A stretch of DNA of 64,000 bases from Octopus vulgaris. Taxonomy: Eukaryota. Numbering within the stretch: the first letter of the stretch is position 1; the number at the start of each line of letters is the position of its first letter. The stretch is from assembly GCA_951406725.2 (NCBI GenBank), contig OX597825.1, positions 46,686,001 through 46,750,000 on the forward strand, read 5' to 3'. The notes beneath the pieces were generated by a model that was not told where the DNA came from, did not search any database, and worked only from the letters and a program-made list of their open reading frames with translations. Shown here one piece after another: positions 1-13,243 of the stretch. Both the position numbers and the translations under genes were made by a program.

Positions 1-2480
1 TTTTCTCCATTGCAACTGGGATTTTTCAAATCTTTTGTGTGCACTATGCATTTTTGAAAAATGATGGGAAGAAACCTTTTCTAAAAAATAAAATTTTGAA
101 ATCCATGATTTGTTAATGTTGCTTCCCCTCCCTCCTTGTGCCTTCATGACAGTCATCACCATTAAAAAATTTTTCCCCTCAAGTTATAGTAACTTATATA
201 CCGAAAAATGATGGAGGAAGCTTTTTTTTAAAGAAAAATATTCGAAATTCATGATTTTTTTTATTGTCTGTTCCCTCATTTCAGAATAACTGTCCTGCAT
301 AAGTTAATCATTAAACTTCTACTCACCTTGTCCTAAATCATACTTTAGGAACAGCATCTTGCATTTTCTTTTTTTAATTCTTAATTCCACTTCCCTCCTT
401 CATCATTCCCTTCATAATTAAAAAATATCAAACACCTCAAAGTGATGTGTAAAACAAAATATTTCTAAAATGATAATTTCTGTCATTTAAAATATAGAAA
501 GGAACATATTTTTAATTGAAGAAAAGTATAGGGGTGGGGATAAATGAGTAATTTCTGATTTCTTGTTATTTTTTCCTACCAATTTGAAACTGTTACATTG
601 CAAGTATTACATCATCATTTTGCGCTGATTCATAACCTTTGGGAGTAAAATTTTGTCAGCATAGTTGTTGAGAGTTTGAAATATAGTCAGGTGGCATAAT
701 CTTTTTCAAAATGTTTTCCTCAAATTTGACTTGATTGTAATTGAGGTTGTTATCTGGATATTTTTTGGTGCTTAATAATCAATACTTTTCCCTATTGGAT
801 TTTGAGTCAATTTTCCCCACACTAATATACAATTTGATAATTTTCAATTTTCAAAAAATGATGTTTAAATTGGGGCAAAATAAATAATGATTAATTTCAA
901 TAATTTCTTCTCTTTAACTGCATGGTGCATTAATAAATCAGGAAGAGAGCAACCCAAATCTATGAAGAATGTTTTATGCTGAGATTTAGATTTAGTCAAA
1001 TTTCATTAATTTTATATAATGTACCATTTTTTCATGACCTTCTTTCATTTGACCTAGATATTTAAAATCTTTTCACATTTCTGATCTTTCTGATGTGTAT
1101 GAGTCGTTTTTCAAATGTAATTCTGAAGAATTGAAGAAGCAAAATTTACCTTATCTTGTCTTACTCATTTTATCCTATCTAAATTTCTCTTTTATATGCT
1201 CAGAGAACAGAGATAATTTTCTGAAACAGTGCTCTGAATATGTTACTGTTTTTAATGCATTTAGAGGTCATTTGCTTAGCTGATATAGTTTTTGCAAGGT
1301 AGTGAACATTTGTAAGAATTTTTTTTGTTTTTTCTTAAATTCAAAAATGCAGTAAATATTACTCGCTGTGCCCTTCCACCAAGATGACCAAAAATATCTT
1401 TTCCCCTCTCTGTCATAGCAACAGTTTGTCACAGCACCTTGTCCAGAGTAAAATAATATAATTCTATTTGCTTTTGTTTTGTGTGGGAGAGGAAAAAATG
1501 GCATGTAAAATGAAATTTGACGGGAATGTAAGTAAGTGTTAATGTAGTCTTGTTGAGAAAAATGTTTTTACAATATGGCAAAAGTAAGAAAAATAAACAG
1601 ACAAAATATAACAAATATAAAAGTTTATTATGGAGAGGAGGGGTAAGAATTATTATTATTATTATTTTGTTTTAAATATAAATTACAAATGTTTCAGAAT
1701 GTGGAATAAAGCAAAATGATTTAAAAAAAAAGAAAAATATTCATTTCAGTGGTGCTTGCTATTTTTAAAGCATTTATGGGGAGAGGAGTGACACTGAAAA
1801 TATATGGAGCTGAAATTTTTTTTCCTCTAAAAATGCAGAGTAGAGGGGGTGCTGAAAAGTTCCTGGCTTTGAATAAAAGAAAATACAGGAGGATCAATTA
1901 ATCATGATTTTATTCAACATATTCCCCTCTCAGATTCACACACTTATTGCAGTTTTTCTAAGCCTTGTAAAAAACTCAGCAGGTTTTGGTCTCCAACCAG
2001 GCCTTAAAGCCAGGAATTTTTTAGCAGCCCCTCATACATGTACAGGTATAGAATTTTATAGCATGAAGGGGTGAAAATTCTTGCAGTGATGGCAGTTGCA
2101 AAGGTAGGAGGAAGGGATATGAGTCAAGCATTCAAAAATGATGGCTTTAATTTTTTTTTAAAGTCTTCCCCTTTCCCATTGTTTTGAAATGTGTGTCACA
2201 AGAAAGAATCAAGAAAAATCCCAACCAAAATGAAGAAATTCCAACTTATATGGAGCAGGGGAAGATGATAAAAAAAATCATGCATTTCAAATTTTTTTCC
2301 TTTTAGATAAAACCTCCCAAATATTGTTTTCCTGTTGTGAAGGCACAAGTGAGAGAAAATAGGAGGGTGAGGGTATTTAAAAATCATGGATTTTAGAAAA
2401 GGTTTACCTCCCCACTCTCATTATTTTGAAATGTGTGGTGCAAAAAAGATTTTGGAAAATCCATGTGAAAATAGAGAAAA
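1..2480. repeat. Degenerate long inverted repeats, probably an old DNA transposon relic cut by the window start
   Basis: 1-200 is a gapped, diverged reverse complement of about 2040-2480 (ttttctccattgcaactgggatttttcaaatc...cttgtgccttca vs tgaaggcacaag...gattttggaaaatccatgtgaaaatagagaaaa). No readable ORF between the arms. Confidence 0.45.
1843..2034. mobile_element. Non-autonomous mariner-type MITE
   Basis: TIRs gagggggtgctgaaaagttcctggcttt ... aaagccaggaattttttagcagcccctca, flanked by TA. Confidence 0.7.
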
Positions 2481-3146
2481 TCCAACTTTTGTGGGACAGC
2501 TATTTCAAAAGTTCACCAAGTCTTTTATAAAGATTAAGAACCTTGACTATCTAATCACACTGTTTTCATTTAAAGACATATTTGCATAAATTTTAAGCAT
2601 AAAAAGACAATAGTAACATAATTATGTAATAAAAGATACATTGCAAAACCTATAACATAATATATTTATTTGTGTAGCAGTGACAATATTTTATAAATAA
2701 ACTATTTTAAAATTATTATACTGAGCATGTAATTGATTAAAAATATAAACTAAATTTGAACAAACATAACAACAACAGTAACAATAACAACACTGACAAC
2801 AACTCAAACAACCATAACAATATGAATAGCAACAACAATAACTTGAAATATGTTGGCAATAACAACACCTATTAAGCTTTAATAGTTATTACCAAAATAA
2901 CAATTCTAAGGAGCATAGTAAATATAAATATAATAAATATAATATTGATCATAATATTAACCTTAATAGCAGAAACAACAACAATCTTAATACTACCATT
3001 AACGAGAACAATATTGAGGATAGTCTTATTACTTTGGTTAACAACCATCCTAATGATAGTAATAATTACTTTGATAATATGACTAGCGGTAGCATTAATA
3101 ATATTGATAATAAGAGCAATGACAATGCTAATAATAATGATGATAA

Positions 3147-3353
3147 TCCTTCCTACTATAGGCACGAGGTTTGGATTTTTGTGGGGAGTGGGGCAATTGA
3201 TCACATCGACTTGACTGGTACTTAATCTTTCAACCCTGAAAGGATAAAAGGCAAAGTTGACTTCAGTAGAATTTGAACTCAGAACATAGTGACAGATGAA
3301 ATACCGCTAAGCATTCTGTCCAACATGCTAATGATTCTGCCAGCTCACTGCCT
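3147..3353 (-). mobile_element. tRNA-derived SINE (same head and central box as 24600 and 29515)
   Basis: Minus strand reads ggcagtgagctggcagaatc (A-box region), gagttcaaattc (B box), then central box cttttatcctttcagggttgaaagattaagtaccag. Confidence 0.8.
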
Positions 3354-3386
3354 TAATAATAATAATAATAATAATAATAATAGTAA

Positions 3387-3418
<32 letters not shown>

Positions 3419-3420
3419 AT
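3354..3420. repeat. Compound (TAA)n(TAG)n microsatellite
   Basis: Read directly; it explains the poly-N/poly-S and poly-L ORFs here. Confidence 0.95.
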
Positions 3421-3639
3421 AGCCACAATACCTCGAGGATTAGCAACTGTAATAGACCTTCTGAGGCAAACCAACAGGATACTACTGAGCTTAGTCTTTC
3501 CCAGCAATCTAGAATATCTATGATCTCATTTATCAATCAATACATTATAGGTATAAATGATAATAATGAATACACTGGGAGTGGATCTGAGGGTACTACA
3601 CTAAGCCCTAGCATGCCCTCTAATAGTACAACATCCAAT

Positions 3640-3770
3640 CCACTTATAGGAAATTCCTTCATGCAAGATAGGTCTTGCTGCAGCTGCAAATCTAAGAATG
3701 AATGCTCTTTGCAAATGTATTGCAGAAGGTTTAACATGGTTTACAAATATATAAGTTAAAGTAGAAAAGT
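3640..3770 (+). pseudogene. Possible PLE fragment (Cys-rich linker before GIY-YIG)
   Basis: SCCSCKSKNECSLQMYCRRFNMVYK resembles the CxC-x5-C-x5-C...VY linker also seen in the PLE relic near 4600. Confidence 0.35.
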
Positions 3771-3844
3771 ATATAGATATGTATATGCACCCACATAGAT
3801 ATACACATACACATACATACACACACATATACACACATGCATAC

Positions 3845-3875
<31 letters not shown>

Positions 3876-3946
3876 AGCATAATCATGTTTAGCTACATAC
3901 ATATTGATGCATACAAATTAAAATATGTAAGTATATAATATGCATG

Positions 3947-3992
<46 letters not shown>

Positions 3993-4299
3993 AAAGCATA
4001 TATATATGCATATATATGCACATATATACATACACACACACATATATATACATAGATGTCCTTCAGATATCATTATTAAGTAATATTAAATAACATAATT
4101 AAATAATACTGTTAAATCAAAGAAGGTAATGTACTATTTAGATTAATAAAGGAATATTTAGTGAGATGTTAAATAATATTAAACAACTCTATTAATGATC
4201 ATATTATGTTATTTTAGATTAGTGGAAAGGAAATTCGTCATGTGTTTACATGAAAAAGAACTTTTTCATCCCTCATATTTACTAGGTTTCCTTTCATCT

Positions 4300-5860
4300 T
4301 CATTATTTTATATTTCAAGGCATAATCTACAGAATTTATTGTTAATTCTGTAAGAAAGTGAAAAAGATAGAATTTTCCATTTAATTGTGAAATCAATATT
4401 GTTTTATTTATTTATTTTTTTGAGGTGCCAAATTTTTTTGAGAGTCCAGTACTGTTCATTTTGCTTTGGTCTCTAAAGGTTGATTCGTGGTTTCAAATTT
4501 TTGATTTAACCCAGTTTTGTGTACATCCGATATAATGATATTTTAAGGAATTCTGTATTATAATTATTGCTTGGTATCCTACATTTTTCTTTTACAATCT
4601 CTGTCTATCTCACAAGTGTTTTGGTCTTTAAAATTACAATTTTTATGTATGGGTGATGTGTTATTTCCAGACTTTGTTGATTTATATGGGTTGTAGTTAT
4701 TAAGAGTATTTATGTTGCTAATTGTACTATTATGTTGTGGTTTATTAATATTTTTGTATGTTCTAGGTTCAGTTTGTGTTTTTTTTATTTTCATATAATT
4801 GATCTAGTTTCTTATTATTAAGTGAACATATTATCCTGAAAAGTTTGGGAGAAACTGAAAATCTGAATCTGATATGTTTATTATTAAATATTTTTGCATA
4901 TCTAATGTTTTTAAAGTTTTTATTAATAATCTTTTTAATAGATCTTATAAAGTTCATCTTTAAATGCTTAGCAAAGGGAATTATTATCCAAATGGTTTTA
5001 TCATGGTCTACCTTGGTTGAGCATTGATATGTATACAAAAGGTAATTTTTCCTCATACATAGTATTGGTTTCTTTTGGACTGTTGTTATCATTATTAATT
5101 TTATTATTATGGCTATTCATATCATTATTGTTAGTTGTCTTACTCTGGCTATTCATATTTTTATTTATTGTTATCTTTATGTTCCTATTCTTTAATTATA
5201 TTGTTACAGTTTATGCTATCAGTATTTTTAGGGTTATTTTCATTAGTGATAATTTTTATGATTTTTATTCTTATTATGAATTTTATTTATGCTGTAATAT
5301 ATGCTTATTTATGCTATAATATATGCTTAAGTTTAATTTTAATATTATCATGATTGGTTTGTTTAACACGATTGTTATATTTATGACTAGTATTGGGAAT
5401 TTTAATTGTTTGTTGATGAGTGTATACTGTTACATTATAGGTATTTAAGTCTCTAGTCTTAACATTATTATTTATGTAATTATATTTAATATGATTTTTA
5501 TTAGTGTTGTAGTTCTTATTGTACTTAATTTCACATATATCCTGCCTTCTTAAGTGCAATGTTGTAATAGTCATTATTAAATAATTTTTTGTTAGATGAT
5601 AGCAAATTTATTCTTCTCTCTATGTTAGTACTCAGGTTTTCTATAATATTGTGTGGATGGTTACTGTTTACATTTATGTATCTTATGTTGGTTTTAGGTT
5701 TATGATAAGATTGGTTAATTGAAGTATTAAGGTTGAAATTGATGTCAAGGAAGTTTACAGAGATGTTATCTTTTTCAATAGAAATTGAGAGGCCTTTGTT
5801 TTTAAAAAATGTATGTAGTCTTTTTCTGTAATTTCCAAATTTTCTATATGAAGTGCTCCT
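4300..5860 (-). mobile_element. Decayed Penelope-like element (RT thumb, linker, GIY-YIG)
   Basis: VNFLDINFNL..YHKP..YINVNSNHP (5531-5860); IWIIIPF..KIFN (4769-5092); CNFKDQNTCEIDRDC; YIGCT..NHESTF..TGLSKKIWHLK (about 4420-4540). Many stops. Confidence 0.75.
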
Positions 5861-6157
5861 TACTAAGAAAAGGGCATGTATATATATATATGTGTGTGTA
5901 TATATATGTATGTGCATATCTATGTGGGTGCATATACATATCTATATACTTTTTTACTTGAATGTATATATACATGGGTATATGTGTATATGATAATAAT
6001 TTTTTTTTGTGCTTATATACTTGTATGTACCCATCCATGTACATTTTTGCTTTTAAAAAATATATACATACACTAACTTTAATGTAATGTACTGTTCTTC
6101 CAATTGTTAAATGTGCATAACCCATGCTAGCATGGAAAGCGGATGCTAAATGATAAT

Positions 6158-6191
<34 letters not shown>

Positions 6192-7069
6192 TATATATCC
6201 ACATATCTAATTGCACATTGTGTTGCCGGATATTTTTACACATATGTACAGAAGTATTTTTGAGTATATAAAAATTATACATAAGTATCTTCTTGTGGCT
6301 TCCTCTATATGTACAAATATTCATTATTTAATAAAATTTTATAATTTATATGATATAATTTTAGCAACTAGGTTTTATAACTATTTTTATTTGTTAATTA
6401 AAAATGTTTATAATATGTTAAACAATTTTAAATATTAAAATTCTTTTATATTATTATAATGTATATAGGTTTTTTGCAATGTAATAATGTATATTTGTAC
6501 AAATATAAGCCTACATGACCATTATACATTCAGGCCTATATATATAAATATAATTTACGAACATATGTATACATTAGTCATAGTATTCCATATATAAGTG
6601 TATCTCTGTTATTGACATGTATGGGGTATATATACATTATCGTATGTATAGGTATCTGTTTGATTTTTTCATTTATATACATATATCTTTGTACTGGTAT
6701 TAACTCTGAAGTATAAAGTTATGTATGACATAATGTTTTGCATGTGCATTTCCATCTACATATGATGTTAATGTTTATAATTTTAATTCTTTCTTCGTTA
6801 CCATAACAAAAAGACCCCCATCCTTAAGTGTTATCTCCCCTACACTATTCTTAACTCTGAATTTTACCTTTTTCATAAATTATTCACAACTCTTTTCGAT
6901 ATATATAACTTTTCTATACCGCTTCATAGATCATTCATAGTTTTTAGCAGCAGATAAAGTAAGTAAATACTCCTACATCTTCATATTTTTATTTATTATT
7001 TTAAAAATAATTATATTTATTTTATTAACCGTCTTTTAGTATATACCTTCAACTCCTTCATCCAGTCGG

Positions 7070-7780
7070 ACCAATATTCAAGGTACCACTTACTGTCTGC
7101 AAACACCAAATACTCAGGTGACTGGATTGATGCCTGTGGCTAATGTTAGTGGCCTACTCAGCTTAGATGAACTTCGTGTCTCCATTGCCCTGAGAGTGGG
7201 TGCTGACGTATGCACAAGTTTGATCTGTCATTGTGGCAGGCTCCTCGACTCCACAAGTCTCTATGGCCTTTCTTGCCACCTGACTGCTGGTCGCTTCACG
7301 CGTCATATGGAGTTGAACCTGATACTCAAGAGGAACTTGGCCCAGGCAAATATCCCCTCCATCTTGGAACCATCTGGATTGTCCAGATGTGATGGGAAGA
7401 GACCTGATGGCCTCATCCTATGCCCCTGGTCACAGAGCAGATGCCTTGTCTGGGATGTCACAGTTAGCAACTCTTTTGCTTCTCACATCCTGGACGCTAC
7501 GGTCAGGGCAAGATCCGCAGCTTCTGCATCCAAGTGGAACAATATCCTGAAATACCATGATCTGTTGGCCAACTACATTTTCCATCCTGTGGTGGGGTCG
7601 GACCACTGACTGTGAGATTCCTGTCTTCAGTGGCAACTCGCTTTGCGGAGGTAACTGGTGAAGCTCGTGAGGGCACTTGGCTGTTCCAGCACATCAGCCT
7701 CGCAATGTTGTAAGCGTGCTGGCATGTCTCAATAGCCATTAGAGAGGTTTCCCAGCGTCCCCAAATTTTCAACCCAAGGT
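7070..7780 (+). mobile_element. 3' fragment of a CRE-clade (restriction-like endonuclease) non-LTR retrotransposon
   Basis: ORF 7118-7609 has IALRVG, CHCG..SC (zinc finger), RH..LN, EP..L..DGKRPDG..PW..LVWDVTV (PD-D endonuclease). GC-richer than the flanks. Confidence 0.7.
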
Positions 7781-8598
7781 AGTAAATTGTTTTGTTTTTT
7801 TTTCTTTTTAATTTTTTCAATCGTGTTCTCTAGTCTGATTTTGTAAAATGGTGAACACCGTGAAGGCAATAAAATATTTCTTTAACCTTATAAAATATCC
7901 TTCTACAAATTTAACTACATTTCGTAATATTACATTTATCTTTATAAATGAAACTTCTCCTATACTAAATAGGAAATATACATAGTTGATACCATACCCC
8001 CACAGTTTACACAGGTAGAGTAGAATAGTTAATGGGCTGTTGTGTAGATAGATATATGTTTGTGTGTGTGGCTGGGTGTATGAATATATGGCATTCATTC
8101 CATATAACTCGACAAAATCAAAACATTTGATGGTACTTGTCTATTGTCGTGGTCCCGGTTACGCGCGCGCGCCAGACGTAGGTACTCGATACTCGAGATC
8201 CTGCGAGGTGACTTGCGCATGCGCAGTGCAGAATTCGCGTATGCGCGTTACCCCCCCCCTAAAAAAAAAGGTGTTGGATTTCACTAAAAATATATATGTG
8301 TGTGTGTATATATAACATTTTCAATTTTACACAAAAAAATTACATAGTCGCTTTCCTCGCGGATTTACAGATAAATGAATTAATTACTATTTTACAGAAT
8401 AAAATTAATGAATTAATTATATAAATTAAATAATTCTTGAAAATTAATTAATATTAATAATATTTTTTTGAACAAAGTAAATAATTTATAAAACTTGGTT
8501 AATAATTTTTTTTACACAAACGCGAACGTATATAATTTGTGAAACTTTTTTTTTTTACAGACGTATATAATTTGGTAAACTTAATGAATTAATTTCTT

Positions 8599-9023
8599 AT
8601 CATCATCATCATCGTTTAACGTCCGTTCTCCATGCCAGCATGGGTTGGACGGTTCGACCGGGGATCTGGGAAGCCAGAAGGCTGCACCAGACTCCAGTCT
8701 TATCTGGCAATGTTTCTACAGCTGGATGCCCTTCCTAACGCCAACCACTCCGAGAGTGTAGTGGGTGCTTTTTACATGCCACCCGCACAGGTGCCAGGAG
8801 AGGCTGGCAACGGCCACGGTCGGATTGGTGCCAGTCGAGGCGGCTCTGGCATCGGCCACGATTCGGATAGTGCTTTTTACGTACCACCAGTCCAGGGGTC
8901 CTGGCATTTGCCGGGTGCCACACTTGCCCCAACATGTCTTCGCAAGCAAAGGGGGTTGGCGTGGGTGCCTGTCGTGGGATGAGGTTCGATATCAACTTCG
9001 CTTGCCTCAACAGGTCTTTGTGT
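8599..9023 (-). mobile_element. RTE-LINE 3'UTR copy inside the left TIR
   Basis: Matches the 3'UTR of the RTE at 43739-44280, with internal deletions; (CAT)n tail. Confidence 0.85.
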
Positions 9024-10029
9024 ATAAATGTATAAATTTTTCGCACTAAATTCTTTCCGTAGAATTTATCAAAAAACGCGCAAAATTATTCCGTAGAATT
9101 TATCAAATTAAAAAACGCAAAATTAATATATTTTTTGAAATTGCAAATTATTTAGAATATAAAACAAATGAAGTTAAATTTTAAAAATAAATGTCATATA
9201 CTTATACTCTGTAAGGTGCTGTGTTCACACTTCAATTTACTATTTTCTAGAAATGTTGCTTTTCTAATTGAAACAATTTTTCTCAATCTCCATTTAAAAG
9301 TCCATAATGCCTCTTGAGCCATATCAAAATGAACAACTTTGAATTACGCAGCGGTGGTGGTGGTGGTGTGAGGTTCTAATTTTTTTTTCTGATCTCTCTT
9401 TGCCCCCTCTTTATCTCGCGCCTAATTTTTGTTGTCGCGGGAAAAGATGAACGATTTAAAATAAATATATCTTAATTGTAGTGTGAGAAAGTATATATAT
9501 TCTGATGACAAAATATATTATCTTTCAAAAACATCCCAAATTTATAGACTATATCGTGTAGGTTTAAGAAATATATATATATATATATATATATAAGAGA
9601 ATGAAACATCTTTCATCTGTCTCCCCACCACACCTCCATCTAGGGGGGCAAAGAGAGATCAGAAAAAAAATTAGAACCTCACACCACCACCACCACCACC
9701 GCCGCGTAATTCAAAGTTGTTCATTTTGATATGGCTCAAGAGGCATTATGGACTTTTAAATGGAGATTGAGAAAAATTGTTTCAATTAGAAAAGCAACAT
9801 TTCTAGAAAATAGTAAATTGAAGTGTGAACACAGCACCTTACAGAGTATAAGTATATGACATTTATTTTTAAAATTTAACTTCATTTGTTTTATATTCTA
9901 AATAATTTGCAATTTCAAAAAATATATTAATTTTGCGTTTTTTAATTTGATAAATTCTACGGAATAATTTTGCGCGTTTTTTGATAAATTCTACGGAAAG
10001 AATTTAGTGCGAAAAATTTATACATTTAT

Positions 10030-10448
10030 ACACAAAGACCTGTTGAGGCAAGCGAAGTTGATATCGAACCTCATCCCACGACAGGCACCCACGTCAACCC
10101 CCTTTGCTTGCGAAGACATGTTGGGGCAAGTGTGGCACCCGGCAAATGCCAGGACCCCTGGACTGGTGGTACGTAAAAAGCACTATCCGAATCGTGGCCG
10201 ATGCCAGAGCCGCCTCGACTGGCACCAATCCGACCGTGGCCGTTGCCAGCCTCTCCTGGCACCTGTGCGGGTGGCATGTAAAAAGCACCCACTACACAGT
10301 GGTTGGCGTTAGGAAGGGCATCCAGCTGTAGAAACATTGCCAGATAAGACTGGAGTCTGGTGCAGCCTTCTGGCTTCCCAGATCCCCGGTCGAACCGTCC
10401 AACCCATGCTGGCATGGAGAACGGACGTTAAACGATGATGATGATGAT
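10030..10448 (+). mobile_element. Mirror copy of the same RTE 3'UTR insertion in the right TIR
   Basis: Same junctions and same internal deletions as 8599-9023. Confidence 0.85.
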
Positions 10449-11003
10449 AAGAAATTAATTCATTAAGTTTACCAAATTATATACGTCTGTAAAAAAAAAA
10501 AAGTTTCACAAATTATATACGTTCGCGTTTGTGTAAAAAAAATTATTAACCAAGTTTTATAAATTATTTACTTTGTTCAAAAAATATTATTAATATTAAT
10601 TAATTTTCAAGAATTATTTAATTTATATAATTAATTCATCAATTTTATTCTGTAAAATAGTAATTAATTCATTTATCTGTAAATCCGCGAGGAAAGCGAC
10701 TATGTAATTTTTTTGTGTAAAATTGAAAATGTTATATATACACACACACATATATATTTTTAGTGAAATCCAACACCTTTTTTTTTTAGGGGGGGGGGGG
10801 GGTAACGCGCATGCGCGAATTCTGCACTGCGCATGCGCAAGTCACCTCGTAGGATCTCGAGTATCGAGCACCTACGTCTGGCGTCGCGCGCGCGAATTCG
10901 CGTGTGAGAAACCGGGACCACGACAATAGACAAGTACCACATTTGACTTTGTGTATTTCCGTACCAAATGACAGTTGCCAAATTGGGAGGAGGAGAAGAA
11001 AGC

Positions 11004-11428
11004 GGCGATCTTTCGTCTCTAGTAGACCTTTCCGTCGATTTCCGTAAAAAAATTTTTTTTTTTACATATGGGTTTGCGGGAACTTTTGAAGTAATATACA
11101 TACATATACACATACACCGAGTAAAAAATTTCAGTTATCTCTTTCTTTCACACATTACTCTGTCTCTTCACACATACTAACAGAAGCACTTCACTTACAC
11201 AACATACTGTCTGTCTCCCACACCCCATCAAACACATACACACACACACACATGTACATCAATGCTTCCCATGCACGGTAACTTCAAAAGAATTTCCCTC
11301 GTCATACAATCGCTTTCTCTTAGTCTCTTTCGCTCTCATCACTTCAAAAGTTCCCGCAAGCCCATATGTAAAAAAAAAAATTTTTTACGGAAATCGACGG
11401 AAAGGTCTACTAGAGACGAAAGATTGCC
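11004..11428. mobile_element. MITE with about 85-bp TIRs and an 8-bp TSD (Merlin-like)
   Basis: TIR ggcgatctttcgtctctagtagacc... / ...ggtctactagagacgaaagattgcc; TSD aagaaagc at 10996-11003 and 11429-11436. Confidence 0.85.
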
Positions 11429-12123
11429 AAGAAAGCTAATGGATTGTGTGTGCGTGCTTGTTCTTGTCTGTGTCTGTTCTGTTTTTATGTATTTATGGGT
11501 TGTGGAATATAGATATAACGAAATTATGCCAGCAATATCTCAGTTTATATACCACGAACAATTTATAATATTTTTTCAAACTAATATCTAAGCCGTATTG
11601 ATTATTGATGGTTAATATAAATTTTAGTCCCCAATATTTAAAATTCCATACTCCCTTATTTGGTTAGTCTTTTCCCATTAAATACAACCCTACCTGTTTT
11701 TTTTTACTTCATATATGGGAGTTTAAAATGATCTCCTTTATACTAATCTATAGAGAGAATGTAACCCTTATTAATTTTTTGCATATATCAACATCCAACT
11801 GAGACCCTTTAGTCTTGTTTTAAATAGACATGACTCTCAGAACAATTACATATTACGAACACTATACCTATGTAATTCTAACGTTTTTTTAGCTTTTTTT
11901 TCCTTTCCTTAATTTTTGCTACTGATAAATACTTTTTGACAACCCAGATTCTTAAAATGAATTTATTGTTCTTCTGTATGAAATGATCGTATAGCTATAT
12001 GAATAAAAATAATTTCAATCCATATTAACATCTAATCTTCTCCATTTATGAAAAATATGATCGAATATAAGTATATGAAGTTAAATCATATACTTAATAT
12101 ACTTATATAATTCATATCTACAC

Positions 12124-13065
12124 TATGGCTAGAGGTAATGGTCCATATCAGCTTACCAGACCTCCATAAGATTGTTGAAGAGCTCATTTTACCAGACGAA
12201 ACCAGACTTAGAATTATTGTGGAAGGTAGACCTCCACTATGTTTTGCATGTGGAGTAAGGGGTCACATGAAAGCCAAGTGTCCCCAGAAACACGAACAGG
12301 AGGAGGCAGAGAAAGAGAGTCGGGAAGAAGAGATTGTAACGGCAGAGGAGGAAAAGGAGTTTACAGTGGTAGAAAGGAAGAGAAAAAACATTGAATATCC
12401 ACCTAAAAAGAAAAGAAAAGCGGGGGAAAATAAGAATGAAAAAGGAAAAAATAAGGTATCAACAGGAAAACGAACACAAAGACTAGAGCCTTCAACAAGC
12501 ATGGAGGAGGAAAAACAGAAAAGACTAGAAAGTGAGAAGGAGCAACAAATAGAGATGGAAACACTAGCAACATGGGCAGAGTGCGAAGTGATAGAGCTGA
12601 GAAAGCCACCGAAGGGGAAATACGAAAGAGTGATGGTGCAGTACGGAAAGAGCGTGGAAATAGAGAAAAGAATTTCCAAGATGAAAGGCGTAATAAGGAT
12701 TAAGCTGGCTAACAAGGTGGAGAACCTGAATATGAAAGCTGTGTTGCTGGAAGATGAGAGAGCAGGAAGATTGAGAGAAATATTTGGAGACATGATACAA
12801 ATAACAGCATTCTGATTTAGATATGACGAAATGCCATCAGTGATAGAATTTGAGGAGTTAATAGATTTTTTGGTGTGAACACGATACAAACTGGAAAATA
12901 ATTACTGATTTTGAATAACATTAAAATGCAACTTCCTACTTTGGGGGGTAGAAAAGCCATTTCATTTTCATTATTCTCATAATTCATAATTCCTTCATTA
13001 TATGTTTGTATGTACCCCACCTTTTGTGTTGTCTGTCCTTGTGGTGTCCCCTCTATGTTATGGCC
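12124..13065 (+). mobile_element. ORF1-only non-LTR element, copy A (5'-truncated; Tx1/L1-like ORF1 with CCHC knuckle)
   Basis: ORF 12138-12815 has VEGRPPLCFACGVRGHMKAKCP and a basic/acidic tail. A short 3'UTR follows directly, ending gtctgtccttgtggtgtcccctctatgtt. No EN/RT. Confidence 0.7.
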
Positions 13066-13243
13066 GTAGAAAGAGTGTCATGTAGAGCGAGCTGAAATTA
13101 TCGGTAGACTAGACGTTGAGTTCTGTTGAGTTGAGTCGTCGGATGTGAGAGTTCGGTAGTTGAGTAGAGGTATGTTATTGGTGAAGGTACGCCATCTGAA
13201 CATGCAATATAACAGTGGCGACGAGGTTTCGAATAGTACTGAA

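Larger units (their letters stand above)
8132..10938. mobile_element. Foldback-type non-autonomous DNA transposon with about 1.28-kb TIRs (Merlin- or MULE-like)
   Basis: Arms 8132-9407 and 9644-10938 are near-identical reverse complements. Termini GGTACTTG...CAAGTACC. Flanking direct repeat acatttga(t) 8123-8131 / acatttga(c) 10939-10947 is a TSD. Confidence 0.85.

Noticed and set aside
2640-3150. N/I-rich ORFs
   Set aside because: Low-complexity AAC/AAT-derived sequence.
8632-10415. Mirror-image ORFs of about 100 aa (MPAWVGRFD..., MRKIYTF...)
   Set aside because: Chance frames in the GC-rich RTE 3'UTR duplicated by the inverted repeat; no protein motifs.
8132-10938. Polinton/Maverick interpretation of the long TIRs
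   Set aside because: No AG-repeat termini, the TSD is 8-9 bp rather than 6 bp, and there are no coding remnants.
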